Source of the DNA: a bacterium
Lineage (GTDB): Bacteria > SAR324 > NAC60-12
DNA length: 64,000 bases
Assembly (NCBI GenBank): GCA_965209155.1
Contig: OZ242383.1
Span: forward strand, 1,024,001 to 1,088,000
Direction: 5' to 3'
The notes under the pieces are model-generated. The model was not told the origin of the DNA. It made no database searches and saw nothing but the letters and a program-made list of their open reading frames with translations. The position numbers and the translations under genes were made by a program. Shown here piece after piece: positions 8,619-18,140 of this stretch; position 1 is the stretch's first letter; each line of letters opens with the position of its first letter.

Positions 8619-10112
8619 TTATACCGTGTGTTCGCTCCCTCCAGGGCAAACTCGAACTCCAGGGCGGAGATTTTTATAAGGCAGGGTTTCGGGTTGATCG
8701 ATAAAGGCTCCGGGGGCTTTCACCACCAAAATTTCTTCAGCAATGGGGTCAAAATCTGCACGAAAATGAACGGTGCTTTTAAGCCCAAGAATCTTCTCTT
8801 CAGCAGGTTCAATGCCGAGATGGCGAAATAACGCTTGATCGGCGGCCTGCATCCGATGAGTGGAGACCACAACCCGGACTCCGCCAATACGCAATAACGC
8901 CATTGGGCCCAATTGGGCTTTCAAGCCACCATAGTGGGGACCTGTGCAGGTGATCTTTCCATCGCCCAACTTTTCAATTTTGAATTTTCCTTCAAAGGGA
9001 GGATCCCCTTCTGTGAATACTTTCCCGCCCAAAGAAACTTGAATCTCCGCCCCTTCTCCAGCATCATGAGCCGCTTGAGCCACTTCGGGATCGACCATGA
9101 TTCCCAAAACACAATCGTCTGCTTGTAATCGAACCATTGCTCTCAATAATCCGGTTGTGTCTGATGTGGCACCAGCCCCACTGTTGTCTTGCACATCTGC
9201 AAGGACCGTAGGTTTATGGGCATTGGAGTCTATGGCTTTCTGCACCGCATCCTCTGGAGATTGAAAAGGCACCTGGAATTCCTTTTCACGAGCCACAATA
9301 TAATTGTAAAGCGCATCCACTGCACCATCCGCACTGGCTTGATCATCCCCATACGCAACGACCACGGGTCCGCAATCCCGAATGTCTGCTGCAGGAAAAC
9401 CGGGTGTGAAAGAAATGAGTTGAACTCCTGGGGTTTGCTCCAGTTCTTCAAGTTTCTTGTAAACTCCTTGAGTCGGTTGCATCATGGTGCATTGCCCGGT
9501 TAAAGGAATCAAGAACGGCAATGCTCGTCGTGCTTTGGCAGGTTTGGAACCCACAAGGATGTTGTGAAGGAAGTGTGCCGCACGTCGACCGGTCGCAGCA
9601 TTATCCACATGAGGGTACGTTCGACAGGCAACCAGTCCATCGGTCAGAGTGAGCATCGCTTCTGTCGTGTTGGAATGTAGATCCAAGCTCGCTACCAAAG
9701 GTATTTCCATCCCAATCACTTCACGGACTCGCCGGATCAGTTCCCCTTCAGCATCCTCAAGGTGTTCTGTAACCATTGCTCCGTGAAGACAAAGGTACAC
9801 CGCGTCGTAAGGCATATTCGTTGTTAATCCTTCTATAATGAGAGCAGACATGCGTTCAAAAGCATCTTCCGTCACATGAGCTGCTGTCTCTGCAAAGGCC
9901 CAGGCAATCGGGATGAGTTCATATCCGAGCGGTTGAACTTCTTCAACAAAACCCCCAGTGCCAATGTTGACTCCAGTTAACTTTTCAATGACTGCTTGGC
10001 CTTGCAACAATCCGGGGAAGAATCCCGGTCGGCTGAAATCGTCCCAAGTGGTTTTCATGGGAGCAAAAGTATTGGTTTCATGAATAAAACCGGCATGTGC
10101 GATACGAGCCAT
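8619..10112 (-). CDS. M81 family metallopeptidase (MlrC-like)
   Basis: HETNTF, LHGAM, LDLHSN, RTYPHVD, DNSGAG, KSTVHFRADF motifs. Confidence 0.9.
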   Translation of the reverse strand: MARIAHAGFIHETNTFAPMKTTWDDFSRPGFFPGLLQGQAVIEKLTGVNIGTGGFVEEVQPLGYELIPIAWAFAETAAHVTEDAFERMSALIIEGLTTNMPYDAVYLCLHGAMVTEHLEDAEGELIRRVREVIGMEIPLVASLDLHSNTTEAMLTLTDGLVACRTYPHVDNAATGRRAAHFLHNILVGSKPAKARRALPFLIPLTGQCTMMQPTQGVYKKLEELEQTPGVQLISFTPGFPAADIRDCGPVVVAYGDDQASADGAVDALYNYIVAREKEFQVPFQSPEDAVQKAIDSNAHKPTVLADVQDNSGAGATSDTTGLLRAMVRLQADDCVLGIMVDPEVAQAAHDAGEGAEIQVSLGGKVFTEGDPPFEGKFKIEKLGDGKITCTGPHYGGLKAQLGPMALLRIGGVRVVVSTHRMQAADQALFRHLGIEPAEEKILGLKSTVHFRADFDPIAEEILVVKAPGAFIDQPETLPYKNLRPGVRVCPGGSEHTV

Positions 10113-10227
10113 AAAATTCCTTTTGTAAAATAATTTCTAAGTTTCTCTTCCGAATGAAAAAGAATAAGCTAATACCATCATCTTTTGATCTTCTTCTATT
10201 AATTTGCCATAAAGAAAGCGTTGTATT

Positions 10228-11748
10228 TTACATTTTCTTCCAATCCGTTCCTTCCTGAAACCCATGGGCAGCACGGTAAATGGTGGATTCGTTAAAATGC
10301 TTTCCAATGAGCATTAAACTGATTGGGAGGCCCTCTGACATCCCACAAGGAATGGCCATTGCCGGGTGGTGAGTGAGATTAAAGGGGGAGGTATTTGCGA
10401 GCATCTCGCTCGCCCTTTGAAAAGATTCCTCTCGACTGGCATCAGAAGCTGGAATCGGTTGAGACTTAACCGCAGTGGTCGGCATCGCCAGCAAATCATA
10501 CTCATTCAGAACCTTGTCATACGCAGCTCTCAGCAGTCTACTCAGGTTGATGGCCTTTCCATAATAGCGACTGCCGTAATACTTTCTCATGTAGGTGCCA
10601 AACATCGTCACCAATTTCACGGTTTCAGAGAGTTCATTCGCCCGGCTTCGCCAATTCCTGTGAAAATCCATCAGACTGGTGACGTACAAATCAGGTCTGC
10701 TCACTCCATAGCCATCGCCCCACATCATGGTTTGTGTGGTTCCTTCCACACCAATAGGGGAAGCGATTGCTGGTCCAACGAGATGCATAGGAATGGAGAC
10801 TTCGTCTACCGTTGCCCCTAAAGACTTCAATGCAGCAGCGGCTGCCTGGACTTTTTCATTCACATCTTTTTCCGCGTTTTCCTGCAGGGTCCCTTCTTTG
10901 ACCACGGCAACCTTCATGCCTTTCAAACCCTCTGTTCCTTGGAGAGCCTCCGTGTATCGCTGTGTTTTCACATTGGTTTGCCTGGGATCATATCCATCGA
11001 CACCGGCAATCACTTCCAGCATTAACGCATTGTCCTCAACATTATTGGTCATAGGACCTGTATGATCGATGCAAATCTCGATCGGCATGATGCCTGTATA
11101 AGGGACAAGCCCATGGGTAGGCTTCATTCCATATATTCCACAGTAAGAGGCGGGCACTCTAATGGATCCCCCTTGATCTCCACCAATCGCGAGATCGACC
11201 TCTCCTGCCGCAACAAGGGCAGCACTGCCAGAAGATGATCCGCCAGCACTATATCCTCTTTTATGGGGGTTATGTAACGGTCCTTTTGCATTGGTATGAC
11301 TGCCACCAGACGCGCATAAATATTCACAGTGGGCTTTTCCGACAATCGTTGCGCCTGCATCCAAAAGCCGGGTGACCACCGTCGCATCTATGTCAGGAAC
11401 ATACCCCTCCAAAGTGGAAGCTCCATTCATCATGGGAACGCCGGCAAGCATGACGTTATCCTTCAAGACAACGGTTTTTCCCTTAAGTTTTCCCCGAGAA
11501 GCTCCCTTCACTTCACTTTTTACGTACCAGGCATTATACGGATTTTCTTCGTCCCTGGGCTGGTATCCGGGGGTTCGTGGATACTTCACAAGCGGAAGAT
11601 GATCAGGCATCGCGTCAACCAGGTTGTAAGCATCTACATTCTCCTGAAACAGGCCCCTATAAGATTCAACATCCGCATCCGTTAAATCCAGACCCATTTC
11701 ATCGGCGAGTTCTCGTATTTGTTGCGGTGTTGGTAATTGTACAGCCAT
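10228..11748 (-). CDS. Amidase (amidase signature family)
   Basis: LKDN, GGSSSGS and GDQGGSIRVPAS motifs (Ser-cisSer-Lys triad). Confidence 0.95.
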   Translation of the reverse strand: MAVQLPTPQQIRELADEMGLDLTDADVESYRGLFQENVDAYNLVDAMPDHLPLVKYPRTPGYQPRDEENPYNAWYVKSEVKGASRGKLKGKTVVLKDNVMLAGVPMMNGASTLEGYVPDIDATVVTRLLDAGATIVGKAHCEYLCASGGSHTNAKGPLHNPHKRGYSAGGSSSGSAALVAAGEVDLAIGGDQGGSIRVPASYCGIYGMKPTHGLVPYTGIMPIEICIDHTGPMTNNVEDNALMLEVIAGVDGYDPRQTNVKTQRYTEALQGTEGLKGMKVAVVKEGTLQENAEKDVNEKVQAAAAALKSLGATVDEVSIPMHLVGPAIASPIGVEGTTQTMMWGDGYGVSRPDLYVTSLMDFHRNWRSRANELSETVKLVTMFGTYMRKYYGSRYYGKAINLSRLLRAAYDKVLNEYDLLAMPTTAVKSQPIPASDASREESFQRASEMLANTSPFNLTHHPAMAIPCGMSEGLPISLMLIGKHFNESTIYRAAHGFQEGTDWKKM

Positions 11749-11865
11749 TTTTTACTTTCCTTAAAAAGTTTACAAAATTTCTGATTATATCGGATTAAGG
11801 GGTCTTCAATAATTTCAATGAGTTGGCAGTCCTCAAAGGGGCCCATAATCCGTTCTCTTTATAGA

Positions 11866-11942
11866 AACGGTAGGGCGGGGTGACGTCCCCGCCAAAACAG
11901 GCATGGCCCCCTCTGGCCGGGACGTCACCCGGCCCTACCGTT
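11866..11942. repeat. REP-like doublet, second copy
   Basis: aacggtagggcggggtgacgtccccgcc ... ggccgggacgtcacccggccctaccgtt; same family as 2333-2404. Confidence 0.85.
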
Positions 11943-12033
11943 GTTTCGAGGTTCCGTCAGATCGGCTTTGATTTTTGACCCCTCCCTTTAATCCCTTACA
12001 ATCAGCAAAATTTCTTTCCGCTCCCCTTAGATC

Positions 12034-13125
12034 CTAGCGGTAATAGAGGGAAACGCCCTCGTGGAAGACGTGAATCTTGGGGGGCTCGGCGGTCAGTTTG
12101 ACCGAGTTGCTGCGCAACCCTGTGTGAATGCCCGGTAGCTTTGCGAGCATGGTATCCTTGTCCTGCACCCGGTCAAAGTGGAGCAGGGTCACTTCGCCCA
12201 ATTCCTCGGTGATGCTCACCTTGCCCTCGAAAATATAATCGCCGTCGGTTTCTACCAAATCCTCCGGCCGAACCCCAACGTTGACCTTCAGGCCTTCCTC
12301 CGAGCTTCGCGTCGGGGCAGCCGAGACGGCAACCCCGCCGGTGTCGAGTTTGATGGTGGTCTGCTCTCCCGTGCCGACGACTTCGCCGGGAAGCAGGTTC
12401 ATGGCGGGCGAGCCGATAAACTGGGCGACAAACTCGTTTTGGGGACGGGTATACAGTTCCAACGGTTTGCCGACCTGACCAATACGCCCACCGGGGGTGA
12501 GCAACACGATGCGGTTTGCCAGGGTCATGGCCTCCACCTGGTCGTGGGTCACGTAGATCATGGTGCTCTCGGGCATCGACTCTTTGAGCTGGGCGATCTC
12601 AATCCGGGTGGCCACCCGCAACGCCGCATCAAGATTGGAGAGCGGCTCGTCGAACAGGTAAACCTTGGGGTCACGCACGATCGCCCGGCCGATGGCAACC
12701 CGCTGACGCTGGCCGCCGGAGAGCGCCTTGGGCAGTCGTTCAAGATAGGGCTCCATCTGGAGCATCCGCGCGGCCTGCGTGATGGTGGTATTGATCGCCT
12801 GACGCGACTTCTTGGCAAGCTCAAGGGCAAAGCTCATGTTCTTGTGCACGTTCATGTGCGGATACAACCCATAGGACTGGAACACCATCGCGATACCACG
12901 CTGGGCCGGTGGCACATCGTTGACGACCTGCCCTTCGATCTCCAGCGTGCCCGACGTGATGGTCTCGAGCCCGGCGATCATGCGCAAAAGGGTCGTCTTG
13001 CCACAGCCCGACGGCCCGAGTAAGACGATCAGTTCACCCTGCTCGATATCAAGATTGATATCCTCGAGGGCCTTGACCGCTCCTCCATAGATTTTTTCGA
13101 CGTTGGTCAACTTCATTTCGGACAT
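12034..13125 (-). CDS. Sugar ABC transporter ATP-binding subunit (AglK/MalK-like)
   Basis: GPSGCGKT, LSGGQRQR, YLFDEPLSNLD, YVTHDQ; C-terminal TOBE-like region. Confidence 0.95.
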   Translation of the reverse strand: MSEMKLTNVEKIYGGAVKALEDINLDIEQGELIVLLGPSGCGKTTLLRMIAGLETITSGTLEIEGQVVNDVPPAQRGIAMVFQSYGLYPHMNVHKNMSFALELAKKSRQAINTTITQAARMLQMEPYLERLPKALSGGQRQRVAIGRAIVRDPKVYLFDEPLSNLDAALRVATRIEIAQLKESMPESTMIYVTHDQVEAMTLANRIVLLTPGGRIGQVGKPLELYTRPQNEFVAQFIGSPAMNLLPGEVVGTGEQTTIKLDTGGVAVSAAPTRSSEEGLKVNVGVRPEDLVETDGDYIFEGKVSITEELGEVTLLHFDRVQDKDTMLAKLPGIHTGLRSNSVKLTAEPPKIHVFHEGVSLYYR

Positions 13126-13192
13126 CGGTCCCTCCCTGTCTATTTAACCTGAGTTCGACATAAATCTTCAATAAGGAGTATCCAGGTGTATA

Positions 13193-13270
13193 TGTCATCC
13201 TCGCGAAAGCGGGGATCCAGATTTCAGTTTAGCTGCATACCTCTGGATTCCTGCTTTCGCAGGAATGACA
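13193..13270. repeat. Palindromic REP/RPE-like element
   Basis: tgtcatcctcgcgaaagcggggatccag ... ctggattcctgctttcgcaggaatgaca; degenerate relative near 60636-60706. Confidence 0.75.
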
Positions 13271-13417
13271 AGGTTTCTCTTAAGATATGAAGATTCCATA
13301 AAATATTGAATTTATTAAATTCTTATCTCGAAAGATTACTTAGGGTCCGGCGCGTCTGCCGGACCCGGTTCATGGACGCCACGTGTCGCGACGCTCTACC
13401 CTCAATTCTTCAACCGG

Positions 13418-14575
13418 TCACCCTTTGATCGATCCGGCCAACAGGCCACGCAAGAAATATCGTTGCATGGCGAAGAAGACCGCCAACGGTATCGCCATAG
13501 AAATGAAAGCCCCCGTCGACAGGAGATCCCATCGGCCGCCGTGGGCAGTCATCATTCTGACAATGGCACTTGTGATGACGTCGCGGCCACTAGCGGCGTC
13601 GATCAGAAACACTATGGGCCCCAGGAGATCGTTAAACGTCCACAGAAACTGGATGATCGCGTACGAGGCGAGCACCGGAATGCTGAGCGGCAGAATGATC
13701 CTGATAAAAATCTGGAAATCATTCGCGCCGTCGAGCTTGGCGTTTTCGATAATTTCGCGCGGTATGCGGACCATGTAGCTGTACAAAAGAAAGATGGCGA
13801 ACGGCAGTGTGGCCGCGGATTGGGCGAGCCATATGCCCAGAAAACTCTTGCCGATACCGATGTCCACATGCAGCTTCAGAATGGGGATCAAGGCAACCTG
13901 GGGCGGCACGACAAGGCCCGCGACGACCGCCGCGATCAACAATGCATTGCCTCGGAAATTCATCCAGGCGAGCGCGTAGGCGGCAAATGCGGCCATCACG
14001 ATTGGGATAATCGTCGACGGAATTGCCATGGTCAGCGTGTTGATAAAGGGCTGCCTCAAACTACGTGGGTTCCTCTTATCGAACAGCATCCAGTGGTAAT
14101 TTTCGAGTGTAAATTCGGGTGGCGCTCTTGCCGTGACGAATACGCGTTGTCCGCGACCGCTCAACTGATCGTCGTTGCCGCGCCAGACATAGTCGCCGTT
14201 GGCCTGAACAGTGATGCTTTCGCCGTCTCCCAGGTCGGCCACGTCGCCGGGAACATAGACATCACTCGCTCGCGACTTGGTGCCCCAGAGGATAATCTTC
14301 TTCGAGGCCGCCTCGCCGAACAGGTTGCCCGAGACCGTAAAGACGTCGCCGTCAGCCCGGCGAAAGTCGTCCGGATCGGCGGCCCGGAAAACTTTGTTCT
14401 GCTCGGTTGTAAAGAACGCTGTCCACCATCCTGAAACAGTGATCTGGTCCCTGGTTCGGAACGAAGAGACGAACAGACCCAGCGACGGAGTCACCCACAT
14501 CGCGACCAGCAAAACGACCGTGATGCGCACGACCCATTTTTTGAGAGATGATTTGGTTTCTACTATTCCATCCAT
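13418..14575 (-). CDS. Carbohydrate ABC permease (AglG-like)
   Basis: LFVSSFRTRDQI..SGWW, PPEFTLENY, EAA-loop IIENAKLDGA, RGLLAGSIKG C-terminus. Confidence 0.9.
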   Translation of the reverse strand: MDGIVETKSSLKKWVVRITVVLLVAMWVTPSLGLFVSSFRTRDQITVSGWWTAFFTTEQNKVFRAADPDDFRRADGDVFTVSGNLFGEAASKKIILWGTKSRASDVYVPGDVADLGDGESITVQANGDYVWRGNDDQLSGRGQRVFVTARAPPEFTLENYHWMLFDKRNPRSLRQPFINTLTMAIPSTIIPIVMAAFAAYALAWMNFRGNALLIAAVVAGLVVPPQVALIPILKLHVDIGIGKSFLGIWLAQSAATLPFAIFLLYSYMVRIPREIIENAKLDGANDFQIFIRIILPLSIPVLASYAIIQFLWTFNDLLGPIVFLIDAASGRDVITSAIVRMMTAHGGRWDLLSTGAFISMAIPLAVFFAMQRYFLRGLLAGSIKG

Positions 14576-14594
14576 GGTCAATCCTCTTTTTCTC

Positions 14595-15806
14595 TTAGCG
14601 GATTTTGTACACATTCCAGATCATAAGCGGCGTCACTAGCAGCAGGAGGATGATCACAGACGCCGACCCGACGCCCCAGTCGAGGTCGTTGAACAGCTTG
14701 CGGTACAAGTAATTTGCCAGGATCTGCGTTTTCCAATTACTCATGGTGATCGTAAAGACAATGTCGAACACCCTCAACACGATCACCGTGACGATGGTCC
14801 ACACCACGACGATTGTGCCGACGATTTGCGGGATCTTGATGCGGAATAATAACTGGAACGGCGTCGCGCCGTCGATGATGGCGGCCTCAACCGTTTCCTG
14901 CGGAATGCCGCGCAGCGCCGCCGACAGGAACACCATGGCTAAGCCGGTCTGGGTCCAGATCATCACAGCCATCAGGAAGAAATTGTTCCAGAACGGTATC
15001 GTCAGCCAGCCCTGGGGTTTGCCGTAAGGCAGGGTGATTGTGAACACGTCGATCACGTTCAGAAGCGCCAGGACGGCAAGATAGGCTGCAGCCGCGCCGG
15101 CAGCTGCTCGCAGAGCCGCGCTGATGATTCCGCCCTTTCGTTCCTCCGGAATGAAGAAGGGGCGTAGGAACAGATAACAGACATACGCCGCCACCGCAGC
15201 GAAGCCCAACAGGATGATGGCCGGAAATATCCGCAGAAAAAGAAACGAGCCGTACCCGCCTTCAAACTGCATCCAGACTGCGTTCAGAACCCCGGCCACG
15301 GGGCGGACATCATACAACAGCATGAAGATCACCGAGGCGCCAACAAACGAGATCGCCATGGGCATGAAGAAGATCGACTTGGCGATGTTGCCCCAGGCAA
15401 TGCGGTCCGTCAGTTCGGCGATCAGGAGACCAAACGCCGTACACGTAGCGGGTACGACGATCAGCCACAACATGTTGTTGCGCATCCCTTCCCAGAATTT
15501 CGTATCGCTGAACATCTGCTGATAGTTCGCAAGACCGACAAACGCATCGCCTAAATCGCGGTCAGTGAACGACAAGCGCAGTGTTTCGAAAACCGGGTAG
15601 ACAGTGTAGACCCCTACCATGAGAATGACCGGGAAGATGAACAACCACGGCCGGATCATGTTGGCACGATTGATGTTGCGTCCGGCGTTCTCGCCGCGCG
15701 GCGGGAACAGGACTTTGTCGAGCAACTGATTGGAGAGGTAGAAGTAACCAAGGAAACCGCCGACACCGATGATGATGATGATGAGACCTTGGATTTCTGC
15801 GATCAT
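14595..15806 (-). CDS. Carbohydrate ABC permease (AglF-like)
   Basis: IRPWLFIFP, AKSIFFMPMAISFVGA, ETVEAAIIDGA EAA loop. Confidence 0.9.
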   Translation of the reverse strand: MIAEIQGLIIIIIGVGGFLGYFYLSNQLLDKVLFPPRGENAGRNINRANMIRPWLFIFPVILMVGVYTVYPVFETLRLSFTDRDLGDAFVGLANYQQMFSDTKFWEGMRNNMLWLIVVPATCTAFGLLIAELTDRIAWGNIAKSIFFMPMAISFVGASVIFMLLYDVRPVAGVLNAVWMQFEGGYGSFLFLRIFPAIILLGFAAVAAYVCYLFLRPFFIPEERKGGIISAALRAAAGAAAAYLAVLALLNVIDVFTITLPYGKPQGWLTIPFWNNFFLMAVMIWTQTGLAMVFLSAALRGIPQETVEAAIIDGATPFQLLFRIKIPQIVGTIVVVWTIVTVIVLRVFDIVFTITMSNWKTQILANYLYRKLFNDLDWGVGSASVIILLLLVTPLMIWNVYKIR

Positions 15807-15922
15807 GTTTCCGCTCTGCCTAAAATGTTGTTAAAAACGGTGCCGATGAGGATGGTGTAATCTTTGCCAAAAAAATCAGGATCCCGAACCGCCCGGCTCA
15901 GGATCCGTATGACCGTCCCGGA

Positions 15923-17329
15923 CTACTTGAGCCCGTCCCAGATCTCTTGGCAGACGCGTAACGCCTCTTTGGCAGACTTGCCACCGACATAGTCCACCAT
16001 GGCCCGGTTCAAGCATATGCCACCAACGGCGCTGGGAAATACCTCGCCTGCGTTGAACCGGAATGGGTCCGCGTTCCAGAGAATCTCATTCATCTTGGCA
16101 GTCGCCTCGTCAGCGAAAAGCGCCTTGTTGACGCCCTTGTGCGGCGTCAGGAAGCCGCCCTGAGCCATCCATAGCTCGTGCGCAATCGGCGTCTTTATCC
16201 ATTCGATAAACCCACGGGCTACTGGGCTGTCTTTGGTGATGGTCATAAAGGCACCTCCACCATTCACTGGGTATTTGGCAAAACCCGGCTTGTTGGCCGG
16301 TTTCGGAAAGTAGAAGAAGTCCCAGTCGCCGTATTTTTTATCTTTTGGTAAATACTGCGGCATGTACGTTCCCTGATGGTACATGTAGCACTCCGGCGGA
16401 TTGCTGAAGAGACCCGCTGCTGATGTTATCCAATTGAGGGTGGGTATACCATTCGGGCCACCGGCTACTTTTTTATCGTCGAGGAGAATTTCGCCCAATT
16501 CCTCGAGTGCGGCAACGATTCGGGGGTCATCCATTTTAATTTCGTTAGTGGTATACTTGTCGTACACGTCAATGGGCTGACTGCGCAGCAAAAAGTCTGC
16601 CATCAATTGTTGTGCCGTAAAACCCGTCCCATCACCAGCGAGCAGACCATGGCACCACGGGGTCCCGCCGTCGGCAACGATCCGATCTTCCAGCGCCTTC
16701 AGTTCTTCCATGGTCTGCGGGACTTTGTAGCCCTCATCCTCGAAGTTCTCGGGGACGTAATAGACATTCTCAAAATGGAAGGTAAAGTAATTGGGACCGT
16801 ACCAATGCTTCTTCCCGTCCGGACCTTCCCACATGGCGAAGTCAATCCAGTCCTGGCCGGAGGCGTAGTTGTCGCGAAACCAGTCGGCCAACTCGCAATT
16901 GGTCATATCGGAACACCAAGGGGTAAAGAAACCGCGCTTGGCCAAGTCCTTGCCAAAACCTACCAACTGGATTCCGGTGATATTCGGTGATGTTCCTCCT
17001 TCGGCGTTAGTCACCACAGCTTGCTTGAAGTCCTTTAAGTTGCCGAGGTGGCTGACCTTGGCACCGGTCGCTTCTGCGAAATAGGCCAGCGCGTTAACTA
17101 GGCCCGTCTCGAGGTCACCTCCCGTCCTTGTGGTGATCGTGAGTTGCTGGCCAGAATAGTCGTGCTCCTTCGCAAAGGCGTGATAGCTGTCCCAGTTGAA
17201 CCCGCCTTCGCCAATCGGGAATATGAGGTGGCTATCCGCATGCGCGACACCCGTCAGGGCGAAGATAGCGACCATCAAAGTCCCTATAAACCCGAATCTT
17301 TTTTTCATTTTTTTCCTAATCTTTTTCAT
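15923..17329 (-). CDS. Sugar ABC substrate-binding protein (AglE-like)
   Basis: Signal peptide ending VAHA; FPIGEGGFNWDSY, GGTPWC, AHELWMAQGGFLTPHKG. Start ambiguous (17308, 17329, 17374 or 17404) because the leader is duplicated. Confidence 0.88.
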   Translation of the reverse strand: MKKIRKKMKKRFGFIGTLMVAIFALTGVAHADSHLIFPIGEGGFNWDSYHAFAKEHDYSGQQLTITTRTGGDLETGLVNALAYFAEATGAKVSHLGNLKDFKQAVVTNAEGGTSPNITGIQLVGFGKDLAKRGFFTPWCSDMTNCELADWFRDNYASGQDWIDFAMWEGPDGKKHWYGPNYFTFHFENVYYVPENFEDEGYKVPQTMEELKALEDRIVADGGTPWCHGLLAGDGTGFTAQQLMADFLLRSQPIDVYDKYTTNEIKMDDPRIVAALEELGEILLDDKKVAGGPNGIPTLNWITSAAGLFSNPPECYMYHQGTYMPQYLPKDKKYGDWDFFYFPKPANKPGFAKYPVNGGGAFMTITKDSPVARGFIEWIKTPIAHELWMAQGGFLTPHKGVNKALFADEATAKMNEILWNADPFRFNAGEVFPSAVGGICLNRAMVDYVGGKSAKEALRVCQEIWDGLK

Positions 17330-17419
17330 AATAATTTCTCCAAATACGATTGATTTCATATTTATCTTTTTCATAATAATTTCTCCAAATACGATTGATT
17401 TCATAATAATTTCCCAAAT
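17319..17419. repeat. 45-bp-period tandem duplication spanning RBS and start codon
   Basis: atctttttcataataatttctccaaatacgattgatttcata at 17319-17360 and 17364-17405, plus a partial third copy to 17419. Confidence 0.9.
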
Positions 17420-17918
17420 CTAGTTTTTTGAGATTGAAGGAATAAACATTCTTTCTCTGCTAACATGATTTCCCCATAGGCTTCTCCTGATAAGACAGTG
17501 ATTAAAGAATCCACCTTGACTAGCCGTCCGCGACTGGGCGTCCACCTGAGAAGGTGGTTTTGATAGGCCCCTGGAAAGGGTGGTTCGTGATCGTACTCGT
17601 GAGCCGTGCTCGTGCTCGTGAACGAAACGGCATCTCAGAGAACCCTAAATTCCCCGTCTCTTCTATTCGGAAACCCCTCTCAAAGGAATCGGGAACGTTT
17701 CTGTCGAGCACGTGCACAAGCACGATTACGAACACGTGCACGTTTCTGGCAAAGCCGATTGTCTCTGACCACAACTGGGCTGGGCCGCATTCGGATCCCC
17801 GCCCAAAGGACGTGGTTTCATCAGATAAAATGAAAAATTTTCCCCATCCACTGCTTCGGAAGGGGATGGATGGACAATCAGCTTCGGGATACAGCATCCC
17901 AAAAACTCTCTTTCTAGC

Positions 17919-17935
17919 TTCAAGCAGTGTGCCAA
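17919..17935 (-). promoter_or_regulatory. Candidate sigma-54 (-24/-12) promoter facing the ABC/catabolic array
   Basis: Minus strand TTGGCACACTGCTTGAA: GG-N10-GA versus consensus TGGCAC-N5-TTGC; the -12 is the GA variant. Confidence 0.5.
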
Positions 17936-18011
17936 ATCTGAGACTATTCAGTTATCTTATTGTAATTATTATCTATTTTTAAAAAGGGGAGGGTTGGGAA
18001 TGCGAAGCAGG

Positions 18012-18119
18012 TGTTCAAATATGTTAACTTAAGCCGGGAGGAAATAGTAGTTAACCCACTGATATTAAATATTTATAGATCAAAATTCAGAATTTGAAAC
18101 ATGTTTAATATTTTGAACA
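18012..18119. promoter_or_regulatory. Candidate enhancer (UAS) sites and IHF-like site
   Basis: Imperfect palindromes TGTTCAAATATGTTAACT (18012-18029) and TGTTTAATATTTTGAACA (18102-18119); TATCAGTGGGTTA on the minus strand at 18052-18064 fits WATCAR-N4-TTR. Confidence 0.4.
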
Positions 18120-18140
18120 CAATTAAACTCTACTATTTAC

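Noticed and set aside
12178..14434. Long plus-strand ORFs (281 aa and 323 aa)
   Set aside because: Antisense shadows of GC-rich ABC transporter genes with no recognisable motifs.
17319..17419. Possible CRISPR array
   Set aside because: Only two full copies, no unique spacers, in frame with the gene start, and no cas genes.
17520..17982. ORFs of 125-142 aa or a glycine riboswitch in the aglE leader
   Set aside because: The ORFs are built from repeats (RARAR) without RBS; riboswitch motifs match only fragmentarily.
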